From: Kondoa subrosea
Taxonomy: Eukaryota
Length of the DNA stretch: 64,000 bases
Assembly (NCBI GenBank): GCA_039545335.1
Contig: BCIN01000003.1
Span: 1,499,941 to 1,563,940, forward strand
Reading direction: 5' to 3'
Shown piece by piece: positions 13,124 to 25,663 of the stretch. The translations under genes and the position numbers were made by a program. The notes under the pieces are model-generated. The model ran no database searches, was not told the DNA's origin, and saw only the letters and a program-made list of their open reading frames with translations. Within the stretch, counting starts at the first letter, position 1, and every line of letters begins with the position of its first letter.

Positions 13124-14745
13124 ATGCTACGTATCATAGCGGCCATGCTCGCTCTATCTTTCGCCATGAGAGGCTATCTGCCAGCCATAGCAAGCAAAAC
13201 AATTCAAGGGAAAGGCGGTATCTACTCGTGTCATGGCATGACAGGCCCACATTACTATGACCACCACCATTCTCTTATGTTCTTCACCAGCATTGCACTG
13301 CTTACGCTCTTTTATGTGTCTGGCGGACTTGCAATCACTTACCCAATGCAAGTTTTNNNNNNNNNNNNNNNNNNNNNNNNNNNNNNNNNNNNNNNNNNNN
13401 NNNNNNNNNNNNNNNNNNNNNNNNNNNNNNNNNNNNNNNNNNNNNNNNNNNNNNNNCACCACCATTCTCTTATGTTCTTCACCAGCATTGCACTGCTTAC
13501 GCTCTTTTATGTGTCTGGCGGACTTGCAATCACTTACCCAATGCAAGTTTTGCATCGGAAACTGGGCCTGGAAATGTTATTGTCACTAGAGCAATACAAC
13601 TTCAAGACTGTTGCACAAGGGCAAAGAGAAGCGATGCGAATTTTGAAGTTATTGCGACAAGGTCAAGGTGTAAAAGCGGTTGTTTATTGGGTAGATAGAG
13701 CATGCGGGAGAGCCGAAGATGCAGCTGCCTCCGTTGAGGGCAACATCCGTGACAGATTGGTTCTGTCCGAAGAACCTGAACTATGCTTTGATGCCATTGA
13801 AATCGTGGCAGATACCTGCATCGACACTTTGTTAAACATGAAAATTGGGGACGTGAGCTGTTACAAGCCAAAGCAAATGCAACAGGTCGCTTCATTTGCT
13901 ATTCCCGGTTTCATTGGCAACATACTGTATCAACTCTTCTTTCTAAAGCATTTTCCTTCCGCCTTCACGAAACGGATGTTTCAGATTACTTTTCGCCTCT
14001 TTCAAGCACTGGTTCAATCACATCTGTACACAACTTTAGACTCCGACGATATTCACAACAGCTTCCAAATCTTGCTTATTGCTATTCATGGTCTGTACAC
14101 AGCAGATCCAGCAGCTTGCCAAGATGCCTGGGAGAGTCTTTCCACTTCTTGCAACAACGACTTCTTTCTTAAACTAGAAGCATACACCTGGCGCAAATAT
14201 CTTGCCAATAAATACCCAAAACCAGAGGATCAAGATTATTTTGGTCTACATTATCGGGTTGTTGTCGCACAAATGTTGGGAATGCAACCAGCCGATTGTT
14301 CTACCCGCTTTTCAGGATATTCGGGCTGCTACAAGCAGGTTTTATCAATTCAAGATCCGGTAGAAAGATGCGCTTTATTTGAGCGGATCAAGTTCGGTCT
14401 AGGTCAAAGGAGCGGTAAGCAGGTAGAATGCTTACATTTGGCATATCGGGCAGGCCCGCATGCGATCTCTGTCTGTTGTTATTGCGGTAAATCGGAGACT
14501 GTTAAGGAGGGATCTTGGAAGGTCAAGCGCTACAATCCCTGCGCCCATTGCATTGCTGTTACATATTGCAGTTAGTGCACGCCAGGGTAAGGCTCAGTGC
14601 AGTACTCATAGATTCTGCTACAGGCAAAGCTTGCGCAAAGAATGGTACGCTCTTTATTTTCGTTTTAGGTCTGATGTGAACGACTCACCGGGGAACAGAT
14701 CACCAAACTCATGCCCTGCGTTGCAGCAGAATCGCTCAGAAGTAA
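13124..14745 (+). CDS. MYND-type zinc-finger protein (start uncertain; spans an N gap)
   Basis: CCYCGK...PCAHCIAVTYCS|KACAKND|HQTHALRC after removing two short 3' introns gives a complete MYND pattern. Confidence 0.75.
13262..13551. other. 100-N assembly gap flanked by an exact 95-bp direct duplication
   Basis: 13262-13356 is identical to 13457-13551; Ns at 13357-13456. Confidence 0.95.
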
Positions 14746-15027
14746 AAGGGCGTTCATCAAGTACACTGCTTCCGAATCACGACTGACTGGCTCGTCGTAT
14801 ACCCAATCTTTCATTTATGCGGAATACCAGTTCTTTATGATCAAATTCGATTACCCATATACAGGCCTCGCAATAGATAGCAATCAATAAAATCACCATG
14901 ATAAAGTCAAAAATAGCGCCAGCAAATGGTGAAACGAGCGACACATCGCTGCATATGCTTGTATATAACAGAAATAGATTACAATTGATTGAATGTCCTT
15001 GTTTTGCTATTCCGCTGTGTTCCTTTC

Positions 15028-17222
15028 TCACAGAGTTTCATGCAGAAGTACTCGCTTGCGCTGGGATCTTCCTGTTGAAGTAGCGGTAGCAACAGATGGT
15101 ACAGGAGAAGACCACGTTCTGCACGTCATGTTAGGCAAATCAAGCATCCAGATTGGAACATAAAACGCACTGCGTCGGCGTGTTATTGCAAGTTCCGTTC
15201 AGACCGTTGAGGTAGTCTGTGGTAGATTGACCAGCCGCTGGAAGAGGAATGAGGTTCATCTCGAGCAAAGTCTTGACGGAGTATTGGTAGAAGGTAATGA
15301 TTTCAGTGCCATCATATCTATCATCAAATTAGTTTAAGGCGACAAAACCCCAGTCATTGAGGACTGACCCTGTCGAATTGGTTTGCCAAGACCAGAACTG
15401 CAAGTCAAACAAAACCATCAGCAAGGCACCCACAAGAGATGTAATCTGCTTACGATGCCGCCTCCGCTTTTAGCATATTCAGCTGTCTGGACGGTGAACC
15501 ATTCGGTATCCCATTGACTATTGTTGACAATTGGGTTGATCAAGCTCCATTCGGTCTGCAAAATGGAAACATGAGCTGTGTCCATTACATACAGCGAAGT
15601 GACACACGATGGCAACTGGAACACCATAACCTTGATAAGAAGAAGTAGCAGAGCACAATTGATCAAGGAGAGTCTGTTCAGTGGCTGAAGTTCCGGTCAA
15701 AGAAGCTCCTCGGCCTATGTAAGGATGAATAGTGAAAACTAGAAGGCTTGGATCTGGGAAGGAAAATGTCAGCAACAACGATCAGCCTGTGAAACTACTG
15801 CTTACCTTTGCCAGCGATGAAAGGAGTCCAGCTACCGAGTGGATTGCTGTTTGGGCTGTTACGGTGCTAAAGTCAGAAACCAAGCAGTGCTAGACGGCTT
15901 GTACATACCTTCCAGGGTGGAACAGAAGAGGCACAGGATCAGCCATAGCTGTGGTCTTCTCATAAGTACGTTGAGTGAAGCCCATCAAAGTTTGGAATTG
16001 AGCATCGGTGTAGTCTGCTCTCAAGAATGAGAAGGGTACACACAAGAGAGACGGTGAAGCAGACTTACAGACTGGCTCATTGCAGTTCTCAAAGCCAGAG
16101 ATGACAGAGCGATAGGGAGAAGCTTCGATGTACGAGATGATTGCCTCGACCTCCAGAGATATTGAACTCATGTAATCTGAGAGATCTCGTAAAACGTACT
16201 GTTTGGTCGCCTAGAGCTTGATTGGCATCGCCATAGAAGTTGTTGCCGCCAGCATGCCCGGAAGCTTGTTCTCCATCTACCAGAAAAAGGTCAAACACAC
16301 GGAGCGCAAAACTCAAGAGGATATATACTTTGGGAACCAGGTAGACCATGGAGATCGATCAGCGCATAAATGCCATTCGCTTGACAGGCAGCTAGCACTC
16401 GAGTAAGTTGATCAACTTGACCAGCTTGGAAAGCATAGGGTCTATCACAAAGCAGCTGAGAGCAGCTCATTCCAAGAAAGTTCCAGCTTACGAGTTGTCG
16501 CCTGCTGGCTTTGGCAACCAAGCCCACCATCCAATGGGAATCCGAACACTAATGATCAGCATTAGCGATCAAGACCAAAAACCATGTGAGGATAAGTTAC
16601 TGGTTGAAGCCACTGGCAGCAATAGTAGCGATATCCTATCAAGACTGTCAGCTTCTCATATGATATTGTCGCAACTCTACTCACGGCATCAGTAACCCAA
16701 GTATTCCAATGTTCAGTGAGCAATTCCACCGCCCTCGTCTGATTGCCGACATTCTCCATCCAGGACCATTCGTCTGCAGCTGTGTCATTGCCACAAGTGG
16801 TTTCGAACTATACACATCCTTTGAGCCTCGACCTTAAGTAGGCTGTTCTTCCACTCACCCAATTCCAGTTCCTAGCAAAACACTTATTGGTGAGGAACAC
16901 AGGCTACTGGTAATCTGAGCTCACATCCACTTCTCCAGCAACAGCCAGTTGCCTGAGGTTTTCGATCAGTATGTCGGTCTTCCGCATAAGTCAATGCAAT
17001 GCATACCCAGAGCCACACCTGTGAAAGATCAGCTCTGATCCTAAACAGCAGTGAATGTAGAAGCCCACCGTGCATCTTCTGTGTCTGACTGGTCCAATCC
17101 CATTTTGTCAGGTTTGCTGATGTGCTAGTCGGCACAGCAGCTGAGGAGACAGCTGAAGCAGAGAGTTGCGCTTGTGCCAGGAGCGGCAGAGCAAATGTTA
17201 ATGCTGCAACAGCGAACTTCAT
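15028..17222 (-). CDS. Secreted glycoside hydrolase family 5 (exo-beta-1,3-glucanase-like), multi-exon
   Basis: Signal peptide MKFAVAALTFALPLLAQA; HWNTWVTDA, VRIPIGWW, IDLHGLPGSQ, acid/base NEP, nucleophile TEWS. Confidence 0.88.
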
Positions 17223-17653
17223 GGTGCTCGTAAGTAAAAAAAGATTAAATTAAAGAGGAGGCGAAGTCAAGAAGATGCCAAGCTCGAAATAGCAAAAGCT
17301 ACAAATGGGCTCGGCTCGCGCGCTGTTTTCGGCTTCTGCAAGTGACTTCATGCCTTCTCAAACCACTGAGTGCTGCAGCGCAGTGAGTTGGTGTCTTCAC
17401 CCTCAGAAATATACTTATCAGCTCACAGCATCTTGCCGACACTTCATACAGAGCAATCCAGCTCAATCTTTTCGCGTCGTTTCTCTGCACATACCTTCAC
17501 CTTCAATGGTGCCGCTACAGCCTTAATGTGGCACGCTACAACGGCGGAGCGACTTGCTTCATGACTCTTGATCTACGAATTCGGAAAGCGGAGCTCTCAA
17601 GCAAGTTGGATTGCATATACCACATGACACGCTCTGCCTGTTTGCATCTATCC

Positions 17654-18477
17654 GATGTCCTTAGAGGTCTCTACGATCCTCTTTCAATTCCGCGCAATTC
17701 TGAATGGTTGTCTTACTTGGGGGCTTTTTGCATTCTTCCCCCCCCCCTAGTAGATCCCTGTCAAACTTTGCACGGGAAGAGCACCTCAACTCGACTCATC
17801 AACTTCGGGAGAAGTCGAGGCTTAACGTTGAGGTGGGGCAATCTTGCGCGGAATTTGCTTCTCTCTTCGTCTTGGATAAGAATGATGCGCCGAGACTCGG
17901 GAAAGCAGCGCAGAGCAAGGCAATGACTTCGGATGCCTGTTGAGTACAACCTTGTGAAGTCGTTGCTGACCTGTGGTTTGACGAGTCAGGTCGTTGCCTG
18001 AGGGGTCAGTCTGTCGGTTCTTAGCGATGCAAAGGACCATTTTATCCGAGACAATGAGGGAAGATATCGCTTGAAAGCAAGGCTTGGCTGTCTAGAAAGT
18101 AACTTGACGGCGACCTCGGCGACGGCTAAGGATGCTGATAAGGATGCAATTATAACCGGCCAAGCCTGAGCGTGGAAGAGAGGAGGACCTAGACCGAGCT
18201 TTTCTTTCCCTTCTCTGATCAAGAGCAGCAAGTTCGGGTGTAGCAATACCTAGTCTTCCCTTCTTGAAGTCTAGGCGAACGTTCGAGATGCTGCTTACGA
18301 ACACCCGTCGGTGCGATTACGGTGCTTGTGTACGCTCGCATTAGATTGCTTGCGATGAGCTGGCATCAGGTCGCACCCGGTTGCAGTCTGCTGCAGCTCT
18401 TCTTTTCTCAGCTTGTGATGACAGGATGGCTATGTATTATTTCGCAAGAGAACGTTGGACATCCGCTCTGAGGCATC
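17654..18477 (+). ncRNA. Candidate large structured non-coding RNA of unknown class
   Basis: Nested complementary helices over ~820 nt (e.g. 17686-97/17844-55 12 bp, 17869-81/18040-52 13 bp, 17920-30/17956-66 11 bp, 18080-90/18157-67 11 bp). Wobbles are G-U on the + strand; no credible ORF. Confidence 0.5.
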
Positions 18478-18480
18478 CTA

Positions 18481-18503
18481 ATAGTTCCGCATAGTTCCGC
18501 ATA
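18481..18503. repeat. Short tandem repeat (ATAGTTCCGC x2.3)
   Basis: atagttccgc atagttccgc ata directly visible. Confidence 0.8.
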
Positions 18504-18517
18504 CTCTGCAATACGGT

Positions 18518-20682
18518 TCATGTGCCTCGTAATCTTGCCTCCGCAGCTCTCGCCCTTCGTTCCCTCTCCAATCTCATTTTGGCTTCTTCGCTCATGCCAG
18601 CGGTAGCTTCTTTCGCTTTTGCTTTAAGATATCCCGCAGCAGCGCCTCCAAGCTTTTGTGGTCCAGTTGAAGGCCTCGCGAGTAGTTCAGCAGCTTTCCT
18701 CTTTCTTTCCTCTTCCTCTCTTGCTTGTCTTTCCGCGTTCTCCTTTTCCCTTTCAATTTCTCTTTCTTTCTCCCTCTCACGCATCTTTTCCTTGAATTTA
18801 CTTTTCCTCTCTTTACCCTTTTCCTTCTGCTCTGTTTCTTGTTCTTCAGTCAAACCGCTAGGCACTCGAGCTGAATTCTGCCAATCAAGCCAATCTGGGT
18901 GTTCGTCCATACATCTTCTGAAAACATTTCTCGTAGCTCTTGTACTTGCGATCTCGTAAGCCGTCTTGCCTAAGGAAGATAAAACAGTAGGATCACTCCG
19001 ACAATCTAAGAGCAACCACCTGACAATTTGAGGTTGACCAGAACTACTAGCCAAGTGTAAGAGGGTAGGATTAGAGCCATCGATCAGGAAAGGTGGTAGA
19101 TTAGAGGTCCATTCCACTTCTGAATGTTTCTCGACAAAAGAAATCAATGCATCTAATCGACCTTTCCGGACCATATCGGCTACTCGCTCCCATCGACGGC
19201 GTGAGGTGATTTCTTCTTTTGATAAGACAGGTGCTGATGGAGCTTTCTCTTTTGATTGAGAAGCCGACGGCAAAATTTTGGGTGCAGCTTTCTTTGCTTG
19301 TTCCGCTTGATATGCTGCATCTAGTGCTGCTAGAGCATCAGAAGATAGATGTGAAGTCTTGATCTTGGTGAGCTCGTCGAAAGCTCGATGTAATTCAGCT
19401 AGAGTCTGTACGTGCAGGTTGTTCGGGCATTAGTGAATGCTAAAGCCTAATCACCACCACGTACAGGTCTGCGAGTAGGGAAAGGGAACGTCCTCATTCG
19501 TGAATCTTGTCTCGATAGAGGTGAATCATCATAATTGTAGAAGATCTTCGAATTGGCTTTGCTTGTTCGCATCCATATCAGCTCGCACGTCTTCAGCTTC
19601 GATCTCCAGCTATGCATCAGCGCTCGAACATCTTCTTGTAGAGCTGCTTCGTTGTATCGACGAATCTCAGCACCAGCTGATTTGGCATTGCCTTTGGATG
19701 CGTCGTTCTTTGATTGTGCACCACCTTGTTTCCGTCGGGCTGTGACAGAGCATTGGTAGTCTTCTACTTCCAGAGCTGACATTACTTACTAGTATACCGA
19801 TGATATGTCTTGTGTTCTAGCACAACCATTTCTCTTTCCAATCTCCCAGATTGCCTCGATACTTTCGGTACCAAACTAACAATCATAGCAGCAAAATGAC
19901 CACCACCAATCATAAACATAGCCCAAGTTCTTTCTTCCGTAGGTGTAGGATCAGGTAAAGCAGGTGCGATTTCACCATTCCTTGCCATGGCTGCTAATTC
20001 TTTCTTGTTCGGTTTAGGTATATCAGGATGAACTTGAATGGATGCAAGTGCTTTAGCCCAACCACCAGCTGGTTCGAGTGTACCTTTCTTGTCGTCAAAA
20101 GGGAAAATATGTCTGTAGATGCCTAATTGTGTATCGGGTAATAGACTAGAAGCAGTGAACCAAAGCAAAGGACTTCGAGGACCACGTGTAGAGACTTCTT
20201 CTATACTTGTTTCATGAACTCCATTTACTATACCAGAAGAAGAAGAAGAGGAGGTATCGCTTGAAGTATCAGAACCAGATATTGAGCCTTCAAGATCTGT
20301 ACGATGGACTCTCGCGTTAGCAAACGGTTTACTCCACACGAACGATGGCCGCACCTTCTGCCATTGCATCGAACTCTTCTTCCTTCACAGGCTTATTTGA
20401 AGATTTAGCAGATTTCAATTTCAGATTGTAGCGATGCCAATCTGATCTGAAATGTTTGCGTTGCTCAGTAACAGATGCTAGAGCTCCAATAGCACATGTC
20501 TGACATCCTAGACCAGTGACTACTTCATCTGAATCCTCTGTTGTCGAAGGTTTCTCAACTTCTTGTTCTTCAGGTCGATGTACAGTCCGTAGCGTGAGCA
20601 ACTCGAGGATCTCATTTGGTAGAGCGAAGGCATAGAGCGACCGAGCTAGCAGAGGATGCTTGGCTCCTTCTGATTCTGACAT
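18518..20682 (-). CDS. VMS1: Vms1/ANKZF1 ribosome quality-control tRNA-cleaving factor, multi-exon
   Basis: C2H2 CQTC...QRKHFRSDWHRYNLK; VLRF1 domain MIGGGHFAAMIVS, HKTYHRYT|ARRKQGGAQS..D, SAGAEIRRYNE, FPFPTRRP; ankyrin TLLHLA; C-terminal RERRARAAEARL. Confidence 0.95.
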
Positions 20683-20801
20683 GGTTGCCAGCGGAGGAGA
20701 ACATTAAATAAAAAAGCGTCATAACGGGTCTATCATCTGAGATTTATAATCTAAATTCTATGTACATTTCATTGCTTCTCGCTGCCCGTTTAAGTTCAAA
20801 G

Positions 20802-22415
20802 CTAGTTGATAACAGTCCCTGCATCATTCGATTAGCGCGGATGCAATTGTACGATTGCTTGATTTACCTCCGTTGGCATGAATTGTCTGTCCACTGAGCA
20901 TACTAGAGTCTTCGCTAGCAAGGAAGACTGTTCGCAGACAAATCAATTAACTTCAGACCGAACAAATTGAACATCAAGCGTACCTGCAACAGTAGCAATC
21001 TCAACAGGCTGACCAGCTCTTCCACAAGGACTAGTAAAGTCCTTGAGCTTTTCTTGTGAGAAAGTACTCGGCACCAATGGAGTCCAGATTGGACCGGGTG
21101 CGATGCCTGACAATCACAATTAGTTTCTTCAGTTTTTTTTTAAGGAGAGAGATGGAACTCACTGTTGACTCTGATCTGCTTGTCGGCTAGTATCTGATTC
21201 GAAAGACCTCGAGTGAAGGCAACAATAGCACCTGTTTCTCATGATCAAAACGGGATCCTGGCAAGAACGTTGTACGTTACCTTTCGTTGCGGTATAGTCG
21301 AGTAGATCGGGTCGCCCTGAAAAGAATAAATGAGAGACCATCACAGAGATGATAAGTTAATATACCAATGAACGCATTGATCGAGCCTGTACGAGCATCA
21401 GTTATTCAAATCTGCGCAACGCGATACACTGTCAATCACGTACACATGTTGATGATGCTGCTGCCTTTCTGCATATGCGGAAGCGCAGCCTTTGTAGCTA
21501 TTTTGCCTGGATCAGCACCCAAACAGGAAAAAGGCATCGATAGACCTACTGTAGAAGTACGAGTGGATGTTGACCTGGAAAGTCTCTTCCCACTGTTTCG
21601 AATCAAGCGTTGTGATATCGGTGTTTTCCAGTTGTTGTGCTGCATTGTTAACCAAGATGTCAATCTTTCCAAACTTCTGGACATGTGCTTTAACGCTGTC
21701 GATAGCGGTTTGCTCGTTCTTCAGATCACCAGGGCATAGGTTGACTTCCTTGCCGGTCTTTTCTTTGCTGCACACAGGAAAGTTGAGTAATCAGCTCATG
21801 CTGACACGCCAACCCCTCCCGCATACATGTAAGTGCGAACATCTTCAGCATCTTTCTGCTCGCTGGGGAGGTACATTATAGTCGAATCCTGCAATAAGAC
21901 ATAATCGTCAACAAGTCGCTAGTGCTGAAATGATTTGACCTACACATCCTTCCATAGCGAAGAGCTAATAGGCCAGATGTCAAGTACATTCTCAACACCA
22001 TGGAAACTACTCACGATTGCGATAGCGCGGCCTATACCTCTACACATGATCTTAGCGCCTGCAGGTAAGACGTAAACGCCAAACTCACGAATCACCACCA
22101 GCAATCAGAGCACTCTTGCCTTGAAGCTTTTCCGCAGCCTTGTCTGGGGAGCATGGTAGTCATGATCATCGCTTCATTTTGAGCTATCTTGTAACGTACA
22201 AGGTTTACCATTGGCATAGATATCGTCGATTGGCTTCAGCTCGAATTGACGCTGACTTCCAGGCCGTCCGCCAGGGTGATTCTGCTTCTCTTCTTCTTGC
22301 AGAATAAGTTTATCGTCTGGTGCAGCGAAAGGACCAAGGAAGCTTTTATCTGAATAGCGGATAAGTCGAGATGCATAATTTATACACAGAGCCACCTACG
22401 AGGATAGTCAGACAT
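20802..22415 (-). CDS. Short-chain dehydrogenase/reductase (YghA/general stress protein 39-like), many short exons
   Basis: KLQGKSALIAGGDS|GIGRAIAI, KIDILVNNAAQQ, LLDYTATKG (YxxxK), APGPIWTPL, RAGQPVEIA, GQTIHANGG. Confidence 0.9.
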
Positions 22416-22612
22416 GCTCAGATCTGTTCAAATGCTCGTTTGCAAGAAATCGATCTCGCGAAAAACGCGATTTGTCAATGACGATTTTTTCGGATTCGGG
22501 TAAGTCAGACTGGACTGTACAGTACAGTAGTACAGTTGTGATACAATGCATTAATGAGGTGACTATATGATACAAAAGCAGCCCAGCAGAGCGAAATACA
22601 AATACAGAAACA

Positions 22613-23931
22613 TCAACAACACGCGTAACCAGTAGCTGCTTGAGGTTGCTCAGGCGGTGTAGCCGTCAGTAGGATTGAGTTTCGCGCTTTTTCTACCCTT
22701 TCGCGTTCAATTTGAGCTTTTCTTGCAACCAATCGAGTTGTTATAAGCAGGAAGAGATCTTCAACACCTGTTCGTTGCAAGATTGTCTCAGCGTCCCATC
22801 CACGCAAAAGAGATTTTCCAACAACGAACCATAATCATCTTTGGCACTGACTTCGCTCACATCCGCTTCACACCAACCAGGGCTCTCCGCTTCTTCAACC
22901 GACTGCGGTGCATCCTCACTTTTCCGGCCTCTCCCAAATCCAAGTCCGCTTAGCGCCCGAGAAGCATTCGGCCTCTGTCCTATCGTAATCGGTCTAGCAT
23001 CGAAATAATTCCCTCCGGCTGCCGTTGCTATACCAGGTGAAGAAGGTTCCAACAAGCCGTTACCAGTAGGAGAAGAAGGAGTAGCCGCTACCCAATTTCT
23101 GACTTGTTTCTTTGCATATTCCAAACTGACTGCTCGCTGAGAAGACAAATCTGATTTCGCTCCGCAAACATGAACGATCAGATCAGAAGTGTTCATGTTC
23201 TTCTTCATTTCGTCCAACCATAACTTGATGTCATTGAAAGAATCCATATTTGTTATGTCGTACACTAAAAGAGCGGCTTGAGATCCTCTATAGTATATTG
23301 CAGCCATACTTCGGAATCGTTCTAAATCTGAATCAGCTGAATTCCGATGCACGCAATTAGAATAGGTACCTTGACCTGCTGTATCCCATATCTGCAAACG
23401 AATCTTACATTCAGGCAGTACGATTTTCTTGGTAAGGAAACTTGCTCCAATAGTTGAGGTAAGTGAATTAGAGTATTGACCCGTCGTATATCGATGTACG
23501 ACTGTCATCTAACGTTAGTTTACAACATGCACAGCATCTTACTCAGACATACGACTTGTTTTGCCAACACCTATTGACCAATAATAAGGCTCTATTGATC
23601 GGGGATAGACAAGTCAATGCATACCTTGGCTCCCAAGAATGACAACTTTCGCTTCCAAATAGCCAGTACTCATATTTACATTACTTTGCGGTCTACTACT
23701 ACTAGACGTTAACGCTCTAGCATTCGAAGAAACTTCTTCTTCCACCATAGCCTCATTCAATAATTGTACGCTTCCTGCGCTAGTTCTTCTTTCCCTTCGT
23801 ATCGGAGGAGGTTGGGATTGTAAAGTTGAGTACAGGGAAGTAGAAGCTGAAGCTGATTTAGATCGCGAGAGGGGTATGTTGGCTAGACTTTGAACTGCTG
23901 CGCTGGTAGATGCCGTTGGATTGAAGGCCAT
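22613..23931 (-). CDS. Rab-family small GTPase (Rab5/Rab21-like) with N-terminal extension and internal insertion
   Basis: KVVILGSQG|VGKTS|LV, STIGASF, IWDTAGQ|ERFRSM, GAKSDL, EVSAK; C-terminal CC prenylation motif. Confidence 0.9.
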
Positions 23932-24543
23932 GTTTAGATCCAGAAGAAAGGAGAGAGTATAGAAGAGTATCGAAGACGCTGCTTGAAGTAGCGTATGGAT
24001 TCAAGCTTGAACAATTGCCTTGGCGATGAAGAAGCGAGATTCCTTTGTCTTATAATTTCGCTGTAGAGATGCTAGACTCAGGAAGCAGCAGAGTAATTAC
24101 AGATGTGCGACGACAACAGAGAGGGCTGGAGAGGCCAGTGCTCGAGCTTGAGTCAAGTCCGACTGGCGATGTTTGGCTTGGATCAACAATGCCGATGATG
24201 CAAGTAAGCGCGTTCTCTGATGGCCGCAGAGAGTGGCAGGGTATACAAGATCTGAGTGACTGTTGTTTGGAGGCGTCCGAAGGTTTGAGAAGAAAGAGAA
24301 ACCTAAAATCGTCTCACATCGTTTGGCAGAGTCTAGACTGCATTGATGCTCAGTATGAAAGTACAAAAGATGCCTATACAAGCTGATACTGATGTGCACT
24401 GGAACAAGGAGACGGAACAGATCATGCGGCCGTCGTTCTCCTCTATTGCTTTCAAGTTGTACGCTTTACTTGATCGACCAATTAGATCCAACTTGCTGCG
24501 AACTAACGTCTGCTGTCGCACACCTCTTCCGCCATTCAATCGA

Positions 24544-25663
24544 TCACTCAGTCCACTTCAATACCGTGCGTTTCACCGTTGGTGCAACTTCTTCTTCCTC
24601 AAAGAACTCCGCTTCACTATCATCATCCGTCAACACTTGAGCTTGTTGGACTTCGACCGGTTCAGGAGTCATTTCCCTCTCTTCCAATCCTTCCAAATCC
24701 AACCCATTTTCAGCATTTGGATCTTCACCGTTTTCTTCCAGTTCAGCTTTTCTAGCAGCTTCCAAAGCTTTATCCCTCTTGTCTAGAATCTTATCCGCTC
24801 GATTGAACAATCCTCCAGTAGGTGATCCACAAGCGAAACATTTTGGTGTTTTAGCAAATCGCTGAATAGCGCAAGCCGAACAGAAATAATGACCACATCG
24901 AGTGACTATTGGGTCGGTGAAGACTTGTCTGCATATCAAGCATGCGAAAGGAAGTTTTTCAGATTCGTCTTCTTCCTCCTCTGGTACAGTCGCTGCTGGT
25001 CGATCAGAGAGGTACATGTTGTCTAGTTGCCAGCCTTGAACGTAGTCTCCTCTGTCGTGTAACTGCAAATATGATTAGCATCAATTGTGACGGAAGGAAA
25101 GCAAAGCAAAAGCATACAAATTTACAACTATCACCAAATCCACAGAAGCCAGTCTCTTTGTAATCCTTGCAAACATCCGGTTGGAAATCCGTTATTGTAA
25201 TTGTCCTGACATTACTTGGTCCAGCAGTTGCAGTAAATTTGGCAGAAGCTTTAGGTAATTGAGAAGAATAACTTTTGGCACCTCTGTACAAGCCATCATC
25301 GTTGTTCAGACTTGATTCAGTGAGTAAAGCAGCATCTTCAGCTGTTCGAATTTCAGGTGAAGCAGATCTAGGTTTGCCAGGATTCACAGAACGGGAAGCA
25401 GAGTACCTCACACCCACTTCTTGAGCTTCTTCACCTTCACTTTCAGATTCTTTAGATGTACGAGCTCGTTTTGATCGATAAGAAGCAGATTGAGCCACTA
25501 ATGGACCAGCTAAGGCTCGTTTAGGTGCTTTGTAGACTTCAGACTTGGCTTCTGTTGAGCTTAGTGCAGGGGCTGAGGGTTTCTCTTCCTCTGCTGCACG
25601 CTTTCGAGCGTTTGCTGGTCGATTCTTGGATTTCTTAATAAATGCGACAGTAGGTTCAGACAT
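24544..25663 (-). CDS. CWC24: Pre-mRNA splicing factor Cwc24/RNF113A (CCCH + RING), one intron
   Basis: TITDFQPDVCKDYKETGFCGFGDSCKF|LHDRGDY..GWQLD and LPFACLICRQ.F.DPIVTRCGHYFCSACA. Confidence 0.95.

Noticed and set aside
17899..18298. RNase P interpretation (GGGAAAGCAGCG pairing with UGCUGCUUA)
   Set aside because: The universally conserved bulged U of P4 is missing and the flanking conserved regions do not fit.
17860..18477. U3 snoRNA interpretation of the structured region (box B-like GAGCGUGGA, box C, hairpin, box D)
   Set aside because: No box A/A' 18S-pairing sequence and no proper box C' next to the terminal stem.
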